Shown piece by piece: positions 26,311 to 35,660 of a DNA stretch of 64,000 bases (the stretch's first letter is position 1; every line of letters begins with the position of its first letter). The notes under the pieces are model-generated. The model was not told where the DNA came from and made no database searches. It worked only from the letters and a program-made list of their open reading frames with translations. Source of the DNA: Planctomycetota bacterium (GTDB taxonomy: Bacteria; Planctomycetota; UBA1135; UBA2386); assembly GCA_965228735.1 (NCBI GenBank), contig OZ245838.1, positions 5,696,001-5,760,000 of the forward strand. Direction: 5' to 3'. Made by a program: the position numbers and the translations under genes.

Positions 26311-28209
26311 ATGCCGCGCTGGAATCGTCTCTGGGTGCTCGTGCTGTTGGCCTTCGCTTCGTCGGGTGATGCGGTGCTGGGTCAGGAGCGGCTGCTGCTG
26401 GTTCCGTTGCCGCGGGAGCACGGGCCGCTGGAGGTCTGCACGGGAACGAAGTTGGTCTGCGAGCATGCCGCGTTCCGGCCGCAGGTAGACGCGTTCGTGG
26501 TGGCGCTCGCGCGTTTCGGTGCGACCGAGGTCGAGTTGCTCGATACCGAGCCGGCAGCCGCCGACGACGTTCTCGTGCGGTTCGTCTACGAGGTCGGGTT
26601 CGAGTCCGAGGGCTACCAGATGTTCCCCGATCGTGGTTTGACGGTTCGGGCTACGGCACCTGCAGGGGTTGCGCGAGCGACGGCGACGTTGCTGCAGTCG
26701 CTCAACGTCCTCGAAGGTCGGGTGTACTGCCGCGAGATGGTCGTTCGGGACGCGCCGGAGTTCGCGTTCCGCTGCTTCATGGTCGACATGGGGCGCAATC
26801 CGCATTCGCCCGCGATGCTGCGGCAGGTCGTCGACATGATGTGGCTCTGCAAGGCGAACTACCTGCAGTTGCATCTGACCGACGATCAGCTGAGCTCGTG
26901 GCCGTCCGCGGTGTTTCCCGAGCTGCGGGACGAACGCGCCGGCTGGACGCTCGCCGACTACCGCGAGCTCGAGGCCTACTCGCAGGCGCGCGGCGTCACG
27001 GTGATCCCCGAGCTCGACATGCCGGCCCACTCGACGGTCCTGCGGCGCGCGTATCCGAACGTGTTCGGCAAGTCGCCGACCGAGCTCGCGACATCACCGG
27101 TTGCGCAGGCTGGCGTGGAGCGGCTCATCGACGAGATGCTCGCGGTGTTTCGCGCGACGCCGTTCTTCCACATCGGCGGTGACGAGGCCTACGGCGTGCC
27201 CGTCACGGTCCAGCGTGCCTTCCTCAACCGGCTCAACGTGTTCGTCAGGTCGCGCGGGCGGCGCACGATCGTCTGGGAGGGGCCGGCGATCGGTGAGGGT
27301 GACAGCAAGGTCGCGACCGACGTGCTGCACATGAACTGGAACACCGTGAGCGTGACGGCGCAGGCGATGCTCGACGCGGGCTACGAGGTCGTGAACGCCG
27401 CGTGGGATCCGTTCTACCTCGTCGATCACTACCCGCGGACGATGTTCACCGCGGTCGCGCTCGATCGGATCTACGCTTGGGAGCCGCGGCGCTTCGGCCA
27501 CGTCGATCCGGGCTTCCCGACGCAGAGCAAGCCGCACGTGACGGCGAGCGCGGATGGCATCGTCGGCTTCTGCATGCCGTGGTGGGAGGGGCGCGAGGAG
27601 AACCTGCTGCCGCTCTGCCTGCCGCGCCTCGCGACCGCCGCGGCGGTGGCGTGGAATCGGTCGGGCGAGACGGACTATGCGGCGTTTCGTGAGCGACTGG
27701 CGAGATTCACGGCTGTAGCCGAGGTCGTCGGTGACTTCGAACTGCCGGAGCTGCCGGTCGCGAAAGCCGCATCGCAGGTCGACAACCTGCTGTTCGGATG
27801 TCGCGTGACCGCGTCCGCGGGGGCGGAGCAACCGCACTTCGGCCCGGCGCGACTGACGAACGGCATCACCACGCGCTTCGACCACTTCCTCGGTTTCCCG
27901 ACCAAGCCCGAGCCGCTCGACATCGTCGCGCACCGAGATTCGCCGGCGACGATCGCGCGGATCGTCGTGCACGAGACCGCGGTCGGTCAGAGCCACGAGG
28001 TCTACGAGCTCGCGGTGTCGGCCACCGCCGACGGCCCGTTCGAGGTGGTCGGCACGGCGAAGCAGGGCAGCCGCGGCGAGCAGCCGTTCGTCGAGCACCG
28101 CTTCGATGCGCGCCCCGTGCAGCGGGTCCGCATCCGCACGCAGGGATGTCACGGCTTGACGTTCCCGAGCTTCTCCCGCCTCACCGAGATCCAAGCCTTC
28201 GCCAACTGA
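26311..28209 (+). CDS. GH20 beta-N-acetylhexosaminidase with C-terminal discoidin-like domain
   Basis: RCFMVDMGR, LHLTDDQ, IPELDMPAH, catalytic HIGGDE. Confidence 0.9.
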   Translation: MPRWNRLWVLVLLAFASSGDAVLGQERLLLVPLPREHGPLEVCTGTKLVCEHAAFRPQVDAFVVALARFGATEVELLDTEPAAADDVLVRFVYEVGFESEGYQMFPDRGLTVRATAPAGVARATATLLQSLNVLEGRVYCREMVVRDAPEFAFRCFMVDMGRNPHSPAMLRQVVDMMWLCKANYLQLHLTDDQLSSWPSAVFPELRDERAGWTLADYRELEAYSQARGVTVIPELDMPAHSTVLRRAYPNVFGKSPTELATSPVAQAGVERLIDEMLAVFRATPFFHIGGDEAYGVPVTVQRAFLNRLNVFVRSRGRRTIVWEGPAIGEGDSKVATDVLHMNWNTVSVTAQAMLDAGYEVVNAAWDPFYLVDHYPRTMFTAVALDRIYAWEPRRFGHVDPGFPTQSKPHVTASADGIVGFCMPWWEGREENLLPLCLPRLATAAAVAWNRSGETDYAAFRERLARFTAVAEVVGDFELPELPVAKAASQVDNLLFGCRVTASAGAEQPHFGPARLTNGITTRFDHFLGFPTKPEPLDIVAHRDSPATIARIVVHETAVGQSHEVYELAVSATADGPFEVVGTAKQGSRGEQPFVEHRFDARPVQRVRIRTQGCHGLTFPSFSRLTEIQAFAN

Positions 28210-28220
28210 CCATCCGGGGT

Positions 28221-28335
28221 TGGCGGTACCGAACCCGTTTCGAATCCGCCACCGGCCAATCAGCGCCAGCGCCGTCGGCCGGCCGGGTTGCGCTGTGGGC
28301 GGGGTGGCGGATTCGAAACGGGTTCGGTACCGCCA
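28221..28335. repeat. REPIN-like element: perfect 33-bp inverted repeat
   Basis: 28221-28253 is the exact reverse complement of 28303-28335. Lies between convergent genes. Confidence 0.85.
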
Positions 28336-29220
28336 TCACGGCCGCGCCTTCAGGAGGTCGTGCAGGGTGTCGAGTTCCGGCGTCGGTTCACCACGGCGGG
28401 TTACGAGCGCGAGTTCGATCGTCGGCACCGGTGCCTTCAGTTTGACGAAGACGCAGCCGTCGTGCGGCAGCTTCTGGCTGTGCTCGGGAATCAGCGCGAC
28501 GCCGTCGCCGGCCGCGACCGAGCCGAGCATGAGCGCGACCGAGTCGGTCTCGACGGCGATGTCCGGTTCGAACCCCGCGGCGGTGCACGCGGCGATCAGG
28601 AAGTCGCGGCGGCCGGGGAACGCGAGGTCGTCGAGCGACACCCAGCGTTCGCTGCGCAGGGCGGCGAGCGCCAGCGTGCGGCGGCCGGCGAGCGGGTGAT
28701 CCTCGGGCAGCACGGCGGCGAACCGATGCCGGCTCAGGCGGCGAACGAGGAAGCGCTGGCGGTGGCTGTCCGACAGATTCGCCAGGATCGCCGCGTCGAG
28801 CTCGCGATTGCCGAGGCGCTCGAGCTGCGCGCCCGGGGTCAGGTCGAACAGCGCGATTTTCAAGCCGCGGTGGGCGCGCTTGAGCTCGCGCACGGTCGGG
28901 GCGACGAGATCGTCGAGGAACGGGCTGAGGAAGCCGAGCCGCAACGTGCGCTTCGCCCCGCCGAAGCGCTCGCGAATCTGCTGCGCGGACAGTTCGGCGT
29001 CGCAGAGCATCTGCCGGGCCTTCGGCAGGAAGAAGCGGCCGGCCTCGCTCAGGTGGATCCGCTGCTTCCTCCGCTCGAACAGCTGGACGCCGAGCTGGTT
29101 CTCGAGCTGCGCGACCTGGCGGCTGAGCGCAGGCTGCGAGACGTGCTCGCGGCGCGCCGCGGCCGACATGCTGCCGGTCTCGGCGGCGGCGACGAAGTAG
29201 CGCAGCTGATGGAACTCCAT
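28336..29220 (-). CDS. LysR family transcriptional regulator
   Basis: QLRYFVAAAETGSMSAAA..VSQPALSRQV HTH. Divergent from pirin. Confidence 0.95.
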   Translation of the reverse strand: MEFHQLRYFVAAAETGSMSAAARREHVSQPALSRQVAQLENQLGVQLFERRKQRIHLSEAGRFFLPKARQMLCDAELSAQQIRERFGGAKRTLRLGFLSPFLDDLVAPTVRELKRAHRGLKIALFDLTPGAQLERLGNRELDAAILANLSDSHRQRFLVRRLSRHRFAAVLPEDHPLAGRRTLALAALRSERWVSLDDLAFPGRRDFLIAACTAAGFEPDIAVETDSVALMLGSVAAGDGVALIPEHSQKLPHDGCVFVKLKAPVPTIELALVTRRGEPTPELDTLHDLLKARP

Positions 29221-29309
29221 GGGGTGTCGGCTACTTCATAACCGCAGAGCATGACCTTGAGAAGGCATCGGCATTGGTCCATCAGCCCGTCGTGGCCGAC
29301 ACTTCTCCC

Positions 29310-30137
29310 ATGCAACGACGGACCTTCCTCGCCCGTTCGACGACGGCGCTCGGTGCGCTGGCCGCGGCCAGTGCCGGCAGCTGTCGCGCCGGCGGTGAGC
29401 GCTCCAACGGAGACAATGCCATGACCGAATCGACCATGAATCTGACCGTTCGCCGCGCCGACCAGCGCGGCCACGCCGATCACGGCTGGCTGGACAGCTA
29501 CCACACGTTCAGCTTCGCCAACTACTACGACCCGCAGCACATGGGCTTCCGGTCGCTGCGGGTGATCAACCAGGACCGCGTGACGCCGGGGCAGGGCTTC
29601 GGCACCCACCCGCACCGCGACATGGAGATCTTCAGCTACGTGCTCGAGGGCGCGTTGCAGCACAAGGACAGCATGGGCAACGGCCGCACGCTGAAGCCCG
29701 GCGAGATCCAGCTCATGAGTGCCGGCACCGGCGTGACGCACAGCGAGTTCAACCCGAGCGCGGACGAGGGCCTGCACCTCCTGCAGATCTGGATCCAGCC
29801 CGATCGGGTGGGGTTGCCGCCGAGCTACACGGAGTGGAAGCCGGATGCCGAGTCGAAGAACGGCAAGAACGTCGTCGTGATCTCGCCCGACGGGCGCGAT
29901 GACAGCGCGGTGATCCACCAGGACGCGATCGTTCGCCGCCTGCGGCTCGAAGCTGGTGACGAGGTCGAGCACGAGGTCGCCGCTGGGCGGGGCGCGTGGC
30001 TGCAGCTGATTCGCGGCAATGCGGCGATCGGCGCGGTGGAGCTGCGGCCCGGCGACGGCGTCAGCACCGAGGACGCGGGCACGATGAAGATCGTCGCGCG
30101 CGAGCCGGTCGAGGCCCTGCTCTTCGATCTTGCGTAG
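29310..30137 (+). CDS. pirin family protein (YhhW-like); alternative start at 29421 or 29436
   Basis: HGWLDSYHTFSF, GFGTHPHRDMEI, MSAGTGVTHSEFN. Confidence 0.9.
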   Translation: MQRRTFLARSTTALGALAAASAGSCRAGGERSNGDNAMTESTMNLTVRRADQRGHADHGWLDSYHTFSFANYYDPQHMGFRSLRVINQDRVTPGQGFGTHPHRDMEIFSYVLEGALQHKDSMGNGRTLKPGEIQLMSAGTGVTHSEFNPSADEGLHLLQIWIQPDRVGLPPSYTEWKPDAESKNGKNVVVISPDGRDDSAVIHQDAIVRRLRLEAGDEVEHEVAAGRGAWLQLIRGNAAIGAVELRPGDGVSTEDAGTMKIVAREPVEALLFDLA

Positions 30138-30150
30138 CGCGAGGTTCTGG

Positions 30151-30178
30151 CGGTTTGAACCAGGTACCGTACGCCGGG
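30151..30178. repeat. single REP-like copy
   Basis: CGGTTTGAACCAGGTACCGTACGCCGGG is 27/28 identical to 52665-52692. Confidence 0.75.
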
Positions 30179-30195
30179 GATCGTACGCTGCCTGG

Positions 30196-31545
30196 ATGAG
30201 GCTGTTTCGGTTCGGGTTCGTGGTCGCTTGCGCGGCCGCTGCCGTCTCTGCGCAGGAGCAGGCGATTGCGTTCGTCGGCGCGCGCATCTTGCCGGTCGAT
30301 GGGCCGGCGATCGCGGAGGGCACGCTCGTCGTGCGCGGTGGCAAGATCGTCGCGGTCGGCGCGGCGGCCGACACGTCGTTGCCTACGCCTTGCGATCGCA
30401 TCGACGCGACGGGCAAGACGATCATCCCCGGTCTCGTCGATACGCACTCGCACATCGGTTCGGTCTCCGGCGGCGATCGCAGCGGCCCGATCCAGCCCGA
30501 GGTGCGGGCGCTCGATGCGATCAACCCGCGCGATGCGGGGATCCAGAAGGCGCAGGCCGGCGGCGTCACGACGGTGAACGTGATGCCGGGCTCCGGTCAT
30601 CTGCTGTCTGGGCAGACGGTCTACCTCAAGCTGCGCGAGCCGCGGACGATCGATGATCTGCTGATCCAGGGCGGCGACGGCAAGCCGATGGGCGGCATCA
30701 AGATGGCGAACGGCACCAACCCGCAGAAGGGGCCGCCGTTCCCGGGCACGCGCGGCAAGGCGGCGGCGTTGATGCGCGCGCAGCTGCACCGCGCGCGCGA
30801 CTATCAGCGCAAGGTCGCGGCCGCGCAGGGCGATCCGAGCAAGATGCCGGATCGCAGCCTCGGCATGGAGGCGCTCGTCGAGGTGCTCGAGGGCAAGCGC
30901 ATGGTGCATCACCACACGCACCGGCAGGACGACATCCTCACGGTGCTGCGGCTGCAGCAGGAGTTCGGCTTCCGCGTCGTGCTGCATCACGTGAGCGAGG
31001 GTTGGCTCGTGGCCGAGGAGATCGCGGCGGCGAAGGCGCCGTGCTCGGTCATCATGATCGACTCGCCGGGCGGCAAGCTCGAAGCGGCGCGGCTGTCGAT
31101 GGCGACGGGCAAGATCCTCGACGAGGCCGGTGTGCTCGTCGGCTTCCACACGGACGACGGCATCACGGACAGCCGGCTGTTCCTGCGGTCGGCGGCGTTC
31201 GCCGTGCGCGCCGGGATGAACCGGGCGAAGGCGCTCGCTGCGTTGACGAGCGCGGGTGCGGAGATGCTCGATCTCGGGGATCGCGTCGGCACGCTCACCG
31301 TCGGCAAGGACGCCGACTTCGTCGTGCTGTCGGGTGATCCGTTCTCGGTCTATACGCAGGTGCTCGAGACCTGGGTCGAGGGCGAGAGGGTGTTCGACCG
31401 GAGCGACCCCGACGATCGCCTGCTCGCGGTCGGTGGCTACAACGCGAGCGTCGATCAGTCGTTCTCGCTGTGCTGCTACGACCAGTCGTGGCTCATCGGC
31501 CAGGGCGGTCAGCTCGGCCAGAACTCGCTCGGAGGTGCCCGCTGA
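30196..31545 (+). CDS. secreted amidohydrolase family protein
   Basis: PGLVDTHSH, FHTDD, GTLTVGKDADFV. Confidence 0.9.
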   Translation: MRLFRFGFVVACAAAAVSAQEQAIAFVGARILPVDGPAIAEGTLVVRGGKIVAVGAAADTSLPTPCDRIDATGKTIIPGLVDTHSHIGSVSGGDRSGPIQPEVRALDAINPRDAGIQKAQAGGVTTVNVMPGSGHLLSGQTVYLKLREPRTIDDLLIQGGDGKPMGGIKMANGTNPQKGPPFPGTRGKAAALMRAQLHRARDYQRKVAAAQGDPSKMPDRSLGMEALVEVLEGKRMVHHHTHRQDDILTVLRLQQEFGFRVVLHHVSEGWLVAEEIAAAKAPCSVIMIDSPGGKLEAARLSMATGKILDEAGVLVGFHTDDGITDSRLFLRSAAFAVRAGMNRAKALAALTSAGAEMLDLGDRVGTLTVGKDADFVVLSGDPFSVYTQVLETWVEGERVFDRSDPDDRLLAVGGYNASVDQSFSLCCYDQSWLIGQGGQLGQNSLGGAR

Positions 31546-32780
31546 TGCGCGCCCACCTCGCGTTCTCTTTCCTCGTCGCGGTCGCGCTCCTGCCGGCCCA
31601 GGACTTCGTCGTACGGGCCGAGACCGTGCACACGATGGCCGGCGCCGCGATCGAGAACGGCGTCGTCGTCGTGCAGGGCGGCAAGATCGCGCTCGTCGGG
31701 CCAGCGGCGACCGTGCGGCTGCCCGCGGGACTGCCCGTTCGGTCGGCCAAGGTGCTCGTGCCTGGCCTGATCGACGCGCACGCGACAGCCGGGCTGACCG
31801 GCTTCCTCAACATTCCGCACGACCAGGATCAACTCGACGAAGCCGCGCCGATCCAGCCGGAGCTGCGCGCGATCGACGCCTACAACGCGCACGATCCGCT
31901 CGTCAGCTGGCTGCGCAGCTTCGGCGTCACGACGCTGCACACGGGCCACGCGCCGCGCGCGCTCGTCGCGGGCCAGACGATGGTCGTCAAGACGCACGGG
32001 CGCAGCGTCGAGAAGGACGTGGTCGTGCCGTTCGCCATGGTCGCGTGCACGCTCGGTGACGGCGGTCGCGCGGGGCGCGGGGATGCGAGCAGCAAGAAAC
32101 CCGGCACGCGGGCCAAGTCCGCGGCGCTTTTGCGGCAGGCGCTGATCGAGGCGCGCGAGTATGTGAAGCAGCGCGAGAGCGACGAGAACGCGCCCGTCCA
32201 GCTGCGCCACGAGGCGCTCGCCGCCGTGCTGCGGGGCGAAGCGCGATTGCTCGTGACCGCGCACCGCGCGCATGACATCACGACGACGCTGCGCATCGAG
32301 CGCGAGTTCTCCATCCAGGTCGTGCTCGATGGCGTGGCCGAGGCGTATCTCTTGCTCGATGAACTCGCGGAACGCGGGCGCCCGGTCCTGCCGCACCCGC
32401 CGATGGCGCGCACGCGGGGTGAGCTCGGCAACGCGACGATGGAGCTGCCGCGGCTGCTCGCCGAGAAGCAGGTGCCGTTCGCGATGCAGAGCGGGTTCGA
32501 GAGCTACGTGCCGAAGTCGCGCGTCGTGCTGTTCGAGGCCGGCGTCGCGGTCGGCCAGGGCCTGACGGCGGAACGCGCGCTGCGGGCACTGACGATCGAC
32601 GCCGCGCGGCTGCTCGGGATCGCGGAGCGCACGGGCTCGCTCGAGGTCGGCAAGGACGCCGACCTCGCGTGGTACGACGGTGACCCGTTCGAGTACACGA
32701 CGAAGTGCCTCGGGGTCGCGATCGACGGGATCGAGTATCCGGGCGAAGCGCCGCTGCACGCGGCCGATCGCGGGCGCTGA
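31545..32780 (+). CDS. secreted amidohydrolase-like protein with degenerate metal site
   Basis: PGLIDAHAT, GSLEVGKDADL. TGATG coupling to the upstream paralog. Confidence 0.85.
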   Translation: MRAHLAFSFLVAVALLPAQDFVVRAETVHTMAGAAIENGVVVVQGGKIALVGPAATVRLPAGLPVRSAKVLVPGLIDAHATAGLTGFLNIPHDQDQLDEAAPIQPELRAIDAYNAHDPLVSWLRSFGVTTLHTGHAPRALVAGQTMVVKTHGRSVEKDVVVPFAMVACTLGDGGRAGRGDASSKKPGTRAKSAALLRQALIEAREYVKQRESDENAPVQLRHEALAAVLRGEARLLVTAHRAHDITTTLRIEREFSIQVVLDGVAEAYLLLDELAERGRPVLPHPPMARTRGELGNATMELPRLLAEKQVPFAMQSGFESYVPKSRVVLFEAGVAVGQGLTAERALRALTIDAARLLGIAERTGSLEVGKDADLAWYDGDPFEYTTKCLGVAIDGIEYPGEAPLHAADRGR

Positions 32781-32924
32781 AGAAGAATCGAGAATCGGTG
32801 CAACGTCGCGGCCCCCTTCACGCTGGCCCCCGTTCACGCTGGCCCACTGGCGGGGCTGGCACCGTCCCGGGCGAGGCCCGATGCTCTCGCGCGTACCCTG
32901 TCACCGTTCCGGAGAACCCTACTC

Positions 32925-33227
32925 ATGCGAATCCGTTCCTGCGCTGCGGCGCTCGCCTTCACCCTCGTGGCCGCGACGTCGTCCGGTTGCGTCTACGCCG
33001 ACGTCACGAGTCCGCTCGACATCGACCTCAACCGTACCGAGCTGGGTTCCAAGACCGGAGAATCGAGTGCACACAGTGTGCTCTGGCTGGTGGCCTGGGG
33101 TGATTCCGGCACCAAGGCCGCGGCGGAGGACGGCGGCCTGAAGCAGATCAATCATGCGGATCGCAAGGTCTTCAGTCTGCTCTGGGGCCTGTACTCGCGC
33201 GTGACGACCGTGGCCTACGGGGAGTGA
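32925..33227 (+). CDS. TRL-like small lipoprotein
   Basis: Lipobox SSGC. KTGESSAHSVLWLVAWGDSG..AAEDGGL pattern. Confidence 0.7.
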   Translation: MRIRSCAAALAFTLVAATSSGCVYADVTSPLDIDLNRTELGSKTGESSAHSVLWLVAWGDSGTKAAAEDGGLKQINHADRKVFSLLWGLYSRVTTVAYGE

Positions 33228-33541
33228 TGCGGCGCCTTCTTCTGATCGCCGCGAGCTGCACGTTGCTGACGCTGCAGTCGAGCTGCGTTTCGGGGTGGGT
33301 GTTCCACCGCGTCGTCGAACCGCTGGACACGAACTTCAACGAGACGCCCGTCGGTGGCGACGCGAAGCGCGGCAGCACCAAGCGCGTCACGGTGCAGTAC
33401 GTCGATGTTCAATGGGACAGCAACGGCATCGGTGAGATCGGCAAGGAGCACGGGCTCGAGGAGGTCTACTTCGCCGACGTCGAGACGCTGCGGATCCTCG
33501 GGATCTGGCGCCAGCGTTGGGTCCACGTCTACGGCCGCTGA
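33224..33541 (+). CDS. TRL-like small lipoprotein
   Basis: Lipobox QSSC. C-terminal VYG. Overlaps the previous stop. Confidence 0.6.
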   Translation: MMRRLLLIAASCTLLTLQSSCVSGWVFHRVVEPLDTNFNETPVGGDAKRGSTKRVTVQYVDVQWDSNGIGEIGKEHGLEEVYFADVETLRILGIWRQRWVHVYGR

Positions 33542-33609
33542 CCTCGCGCTGAGCGCCACTCTGGGGCGTCGGACTTGAAGTCCGGTGCCTGCCCCGTCAG
33601 AGTCCTGCC

Positions 33610-34692
33610 GTGAGCTTCGTCGCGACGGATCCGGTAGTGGAGTTCGCGCCAGCCATGCTGGCGCAAGGCGCCCCCGACGATGCGATCGACTGGACTTCGC
33701 TCGGGCCGTCAGCCATCGCGCTGGTCACCACGGTCGTGCTGGTCGCGGCCGTGCGCGCCATCCTGAAGCGCGTCCTGCGTTCGCCGAACCGCGAGTTCCA
33801 GGTCGCGGTGACGACGCTCGTGCTCACGATCCTGAGCATCGTCGTCGTCGGGCTCATGTTCGCGGCGGGCGCCGGTCTCGGGCGCGATGCGGTGCAGCTC
33901 ATGGGGGCCGTCGTCGTCGGCGTCCTCGGTCTGTCGTCCACGACGATCCTCGGCAACATGCTCGCGGGTGTGCAGCTGCGCGTCGTCGGCGCGTTCCGGA
34001 TCGGCGACTACCTGCGGGTCGGCAAGCTGTTCGGGAGGATCACGGAGCGCGGGTTGTTCCACGTCGAGATCCAGACCGAGGACAGCGATCTCGAGACGTT
34101 GCCCAACCTCTACCTCGTGAGCACGCCGTACCGCGTCGTGCACAAGAACGGCACGATCATCTCGGCGAACGTGTCGCTCGGCTACGATGTGCCGCGGAAG
34201 CGGATCGAGGCCTGCCTCAAGGAGGCGGTGAGGAAGACCGGCCTCGACGCGCCATTCGTGCACGTCGTCGAGCTCGGTGACTTCTCGGTCCTCTACCGCG
34301 CAGGCGGGTATTACGAGGACATTCGCGAGGTCCTGACGCGTCGGTCCAACCTGCGCTGCCGCATCATGGACGAGCTGTTCGCGGCAGACATCGAGATCGC
34401 ATCGCCGACGCTCATGAGCACGCGGGCCTACCAGCCCGAGCATCGCGTGATGCCGCCGGCGGTGGCGGCGTCGACCGACGACGAGGTCGACGACGATGAT
34501 CTGCCGATGGAGCGCGTCGCGTTCGACAAGGCCGACGAGGTCGAAACGATCGAGGGCGTGAAGGCGAGGATCGCCGAGGTCGAGAGCGCGATCGCTGCGA
34601 CCAAGGACGTGGACGAGGTCGACCGGCTGAAGGCCCGTCTCGAGCGCCTGCACGCGGCCAAGAAGGTGCTCGACGACCGTTTGAGCAAGTAG
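33610..34692 (+). CDS. MscS family mechanosensitive channel
   Basis: Three TM segments. ILGNMLAG..FRIGD..GRI..RGLFH..LPN. Start uncertain. Confidence 0.85.
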   Translation: MSFVATDPVVEFAPAMLAQGAPDDAIDWTSLGPSAIALVTTVVLVAAVRAILKRVLRSPNREFQVAVTTLVLTILSIVVVGLMFAAGAGLGRDAVQLMGAVVVGVLGLSSTTILGNMLAGVQLRVVGAFRIGDYLRVGKLFGRITERGLFHVEIQTEDSDLETLPNLYLVSTPYRVVHKNGTIISANVSLGYDVPRKRIEACLKEAVRKTGLDAPFVHVVELGDFSVLYRAGGYYEDIREVLTRRSNLRCRIMDELFAADIEIASPTLMSTRAYQPEHRVMPPAVAASTDDEVDDDDLPMERVAFDKADEVETIEGVKARIAEVESAIAATKDVDEVDRLKARLERLHAAKKVLDDRLSK

Positions 34693-34741
34693 TCGGTAGG
34701 GCGGCGGTGTGGGCGAGGGGTGCCGTTACACTCCGCCGCCG

Positions 34742-35575
34742 ATGGACTTCTTCTCGATCGACAACCTGCTCACCCTGCTGATGCTGACCCTGTTGCAGGC
34801 CGTGCTCGGCTTCGACAACCTGCTCTACATCTCCATGGAGAGCAAGCGCGTCGAGCCGCGTGACCAGCAGCGCGTGCGCCGCCTCGGCATCGGCATCGCG
34901 ATCGTGCTGCGCATCGTCTTGCTGTTCGTGCTGACGCAGGCGATCGGCTACTTCCAGGATGCGTTCTGGCACCTCGACACGAGCTGGGTGCACTTCGAGA
35001 TGAGCGGTCACGCGGTGATCGTGCTGCTCGGCGGCGGGTTCATCCTCTACACCGCGGTGAAGGAGATCTTCCACATGCTCACGCCGGTCGATCACGATGC
35101 GGACCTCGGCAACAAGGAACGCAGCACCGTGGCGAAGGCGGTCGCGATGATCGTGCTGATGAACCTCGTGTTCTCGTTCGACTCGATCCTCGGCGCGATC
35201 GCGCTCACCGACAACTTCGCGACGATGGCGGTCGCGGTCGTCATCTCCGGCATTCTGATGATCTGGCTCGCGGACCGGGTGTCGCGCTTCCTGCAGAAGA
35301 ACCGGATGTACGAGGTCCTCGGCCTGTTCGTGCTGTTGCTCGTCGGCGTCATGCTGCTCAGCGAGGGCGGCCACCTCGCGCACCTCGAGTTCTTCGGGTT
35401 CCCGATCGAGGCGATGTCGAAGTCGACGTTCTACTTCGTGATCGCCGTGCTCGTGCTCATCGACATCGTGCAGGGGCGCTACCAGCGCAAGCTGCTCGCG
35501 ATGCGCGAGGCGGCTGCCAAGACCCGGGAGGTCGCTGCCGCGGCGGAAGCCGCCGAGGCTGGCGGACCGGCCTGA
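34742..35575 (+). CDS. TerC family membrane protein
   Basis: VLGFDNL, LVFSFDSI, multi-TM. Confidence 0.85.
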   Translation: MDFFSIDNLLTLLMLTLLQAVLGFDNLLYISMESKRVEPRDQQRVRRLGIGIAIVLRIVLLFVLTQAIGYFQDAFWHLDTSWVHFEMSGHAVIVLLGGGFILYTAVKEIFHMLTPVDHDADLGNKERSTVAKAVAMIVLMNLVFSFDSILGAIALTDNFATMAVAVVISGILMIWLADRVSRFLQKNRMYEVLGLFVLLLVGVMLLSEGGHLAHLEFFGFPIEAMSKSTFYFVIAVLVLIDIVQGRYQRKLLAMREAAAKTREVAAAAEAAEAGGPA

Positions 35576-35660
35576 CGGGCGCGACTCCCGGGGCGGAACA
35601 CGCCGCGTGAGTTCGTCGGGGGGAGGATCCGGCCCGAGCGGGCGCTATTCTCCCTCGACG

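Noticed and set aside
28221..28335. tRNA-like TTCGAATCC
   Set aside because: No cloverleaf or acceptor stem. It is part of the inverted repeat arm.
33569..33585. CGGACTTGAAGTCCG palindrome resembling the sequence near 16666-16680
   Set aside because: Only two short, imperfect copies, too weak to call a second REP family.
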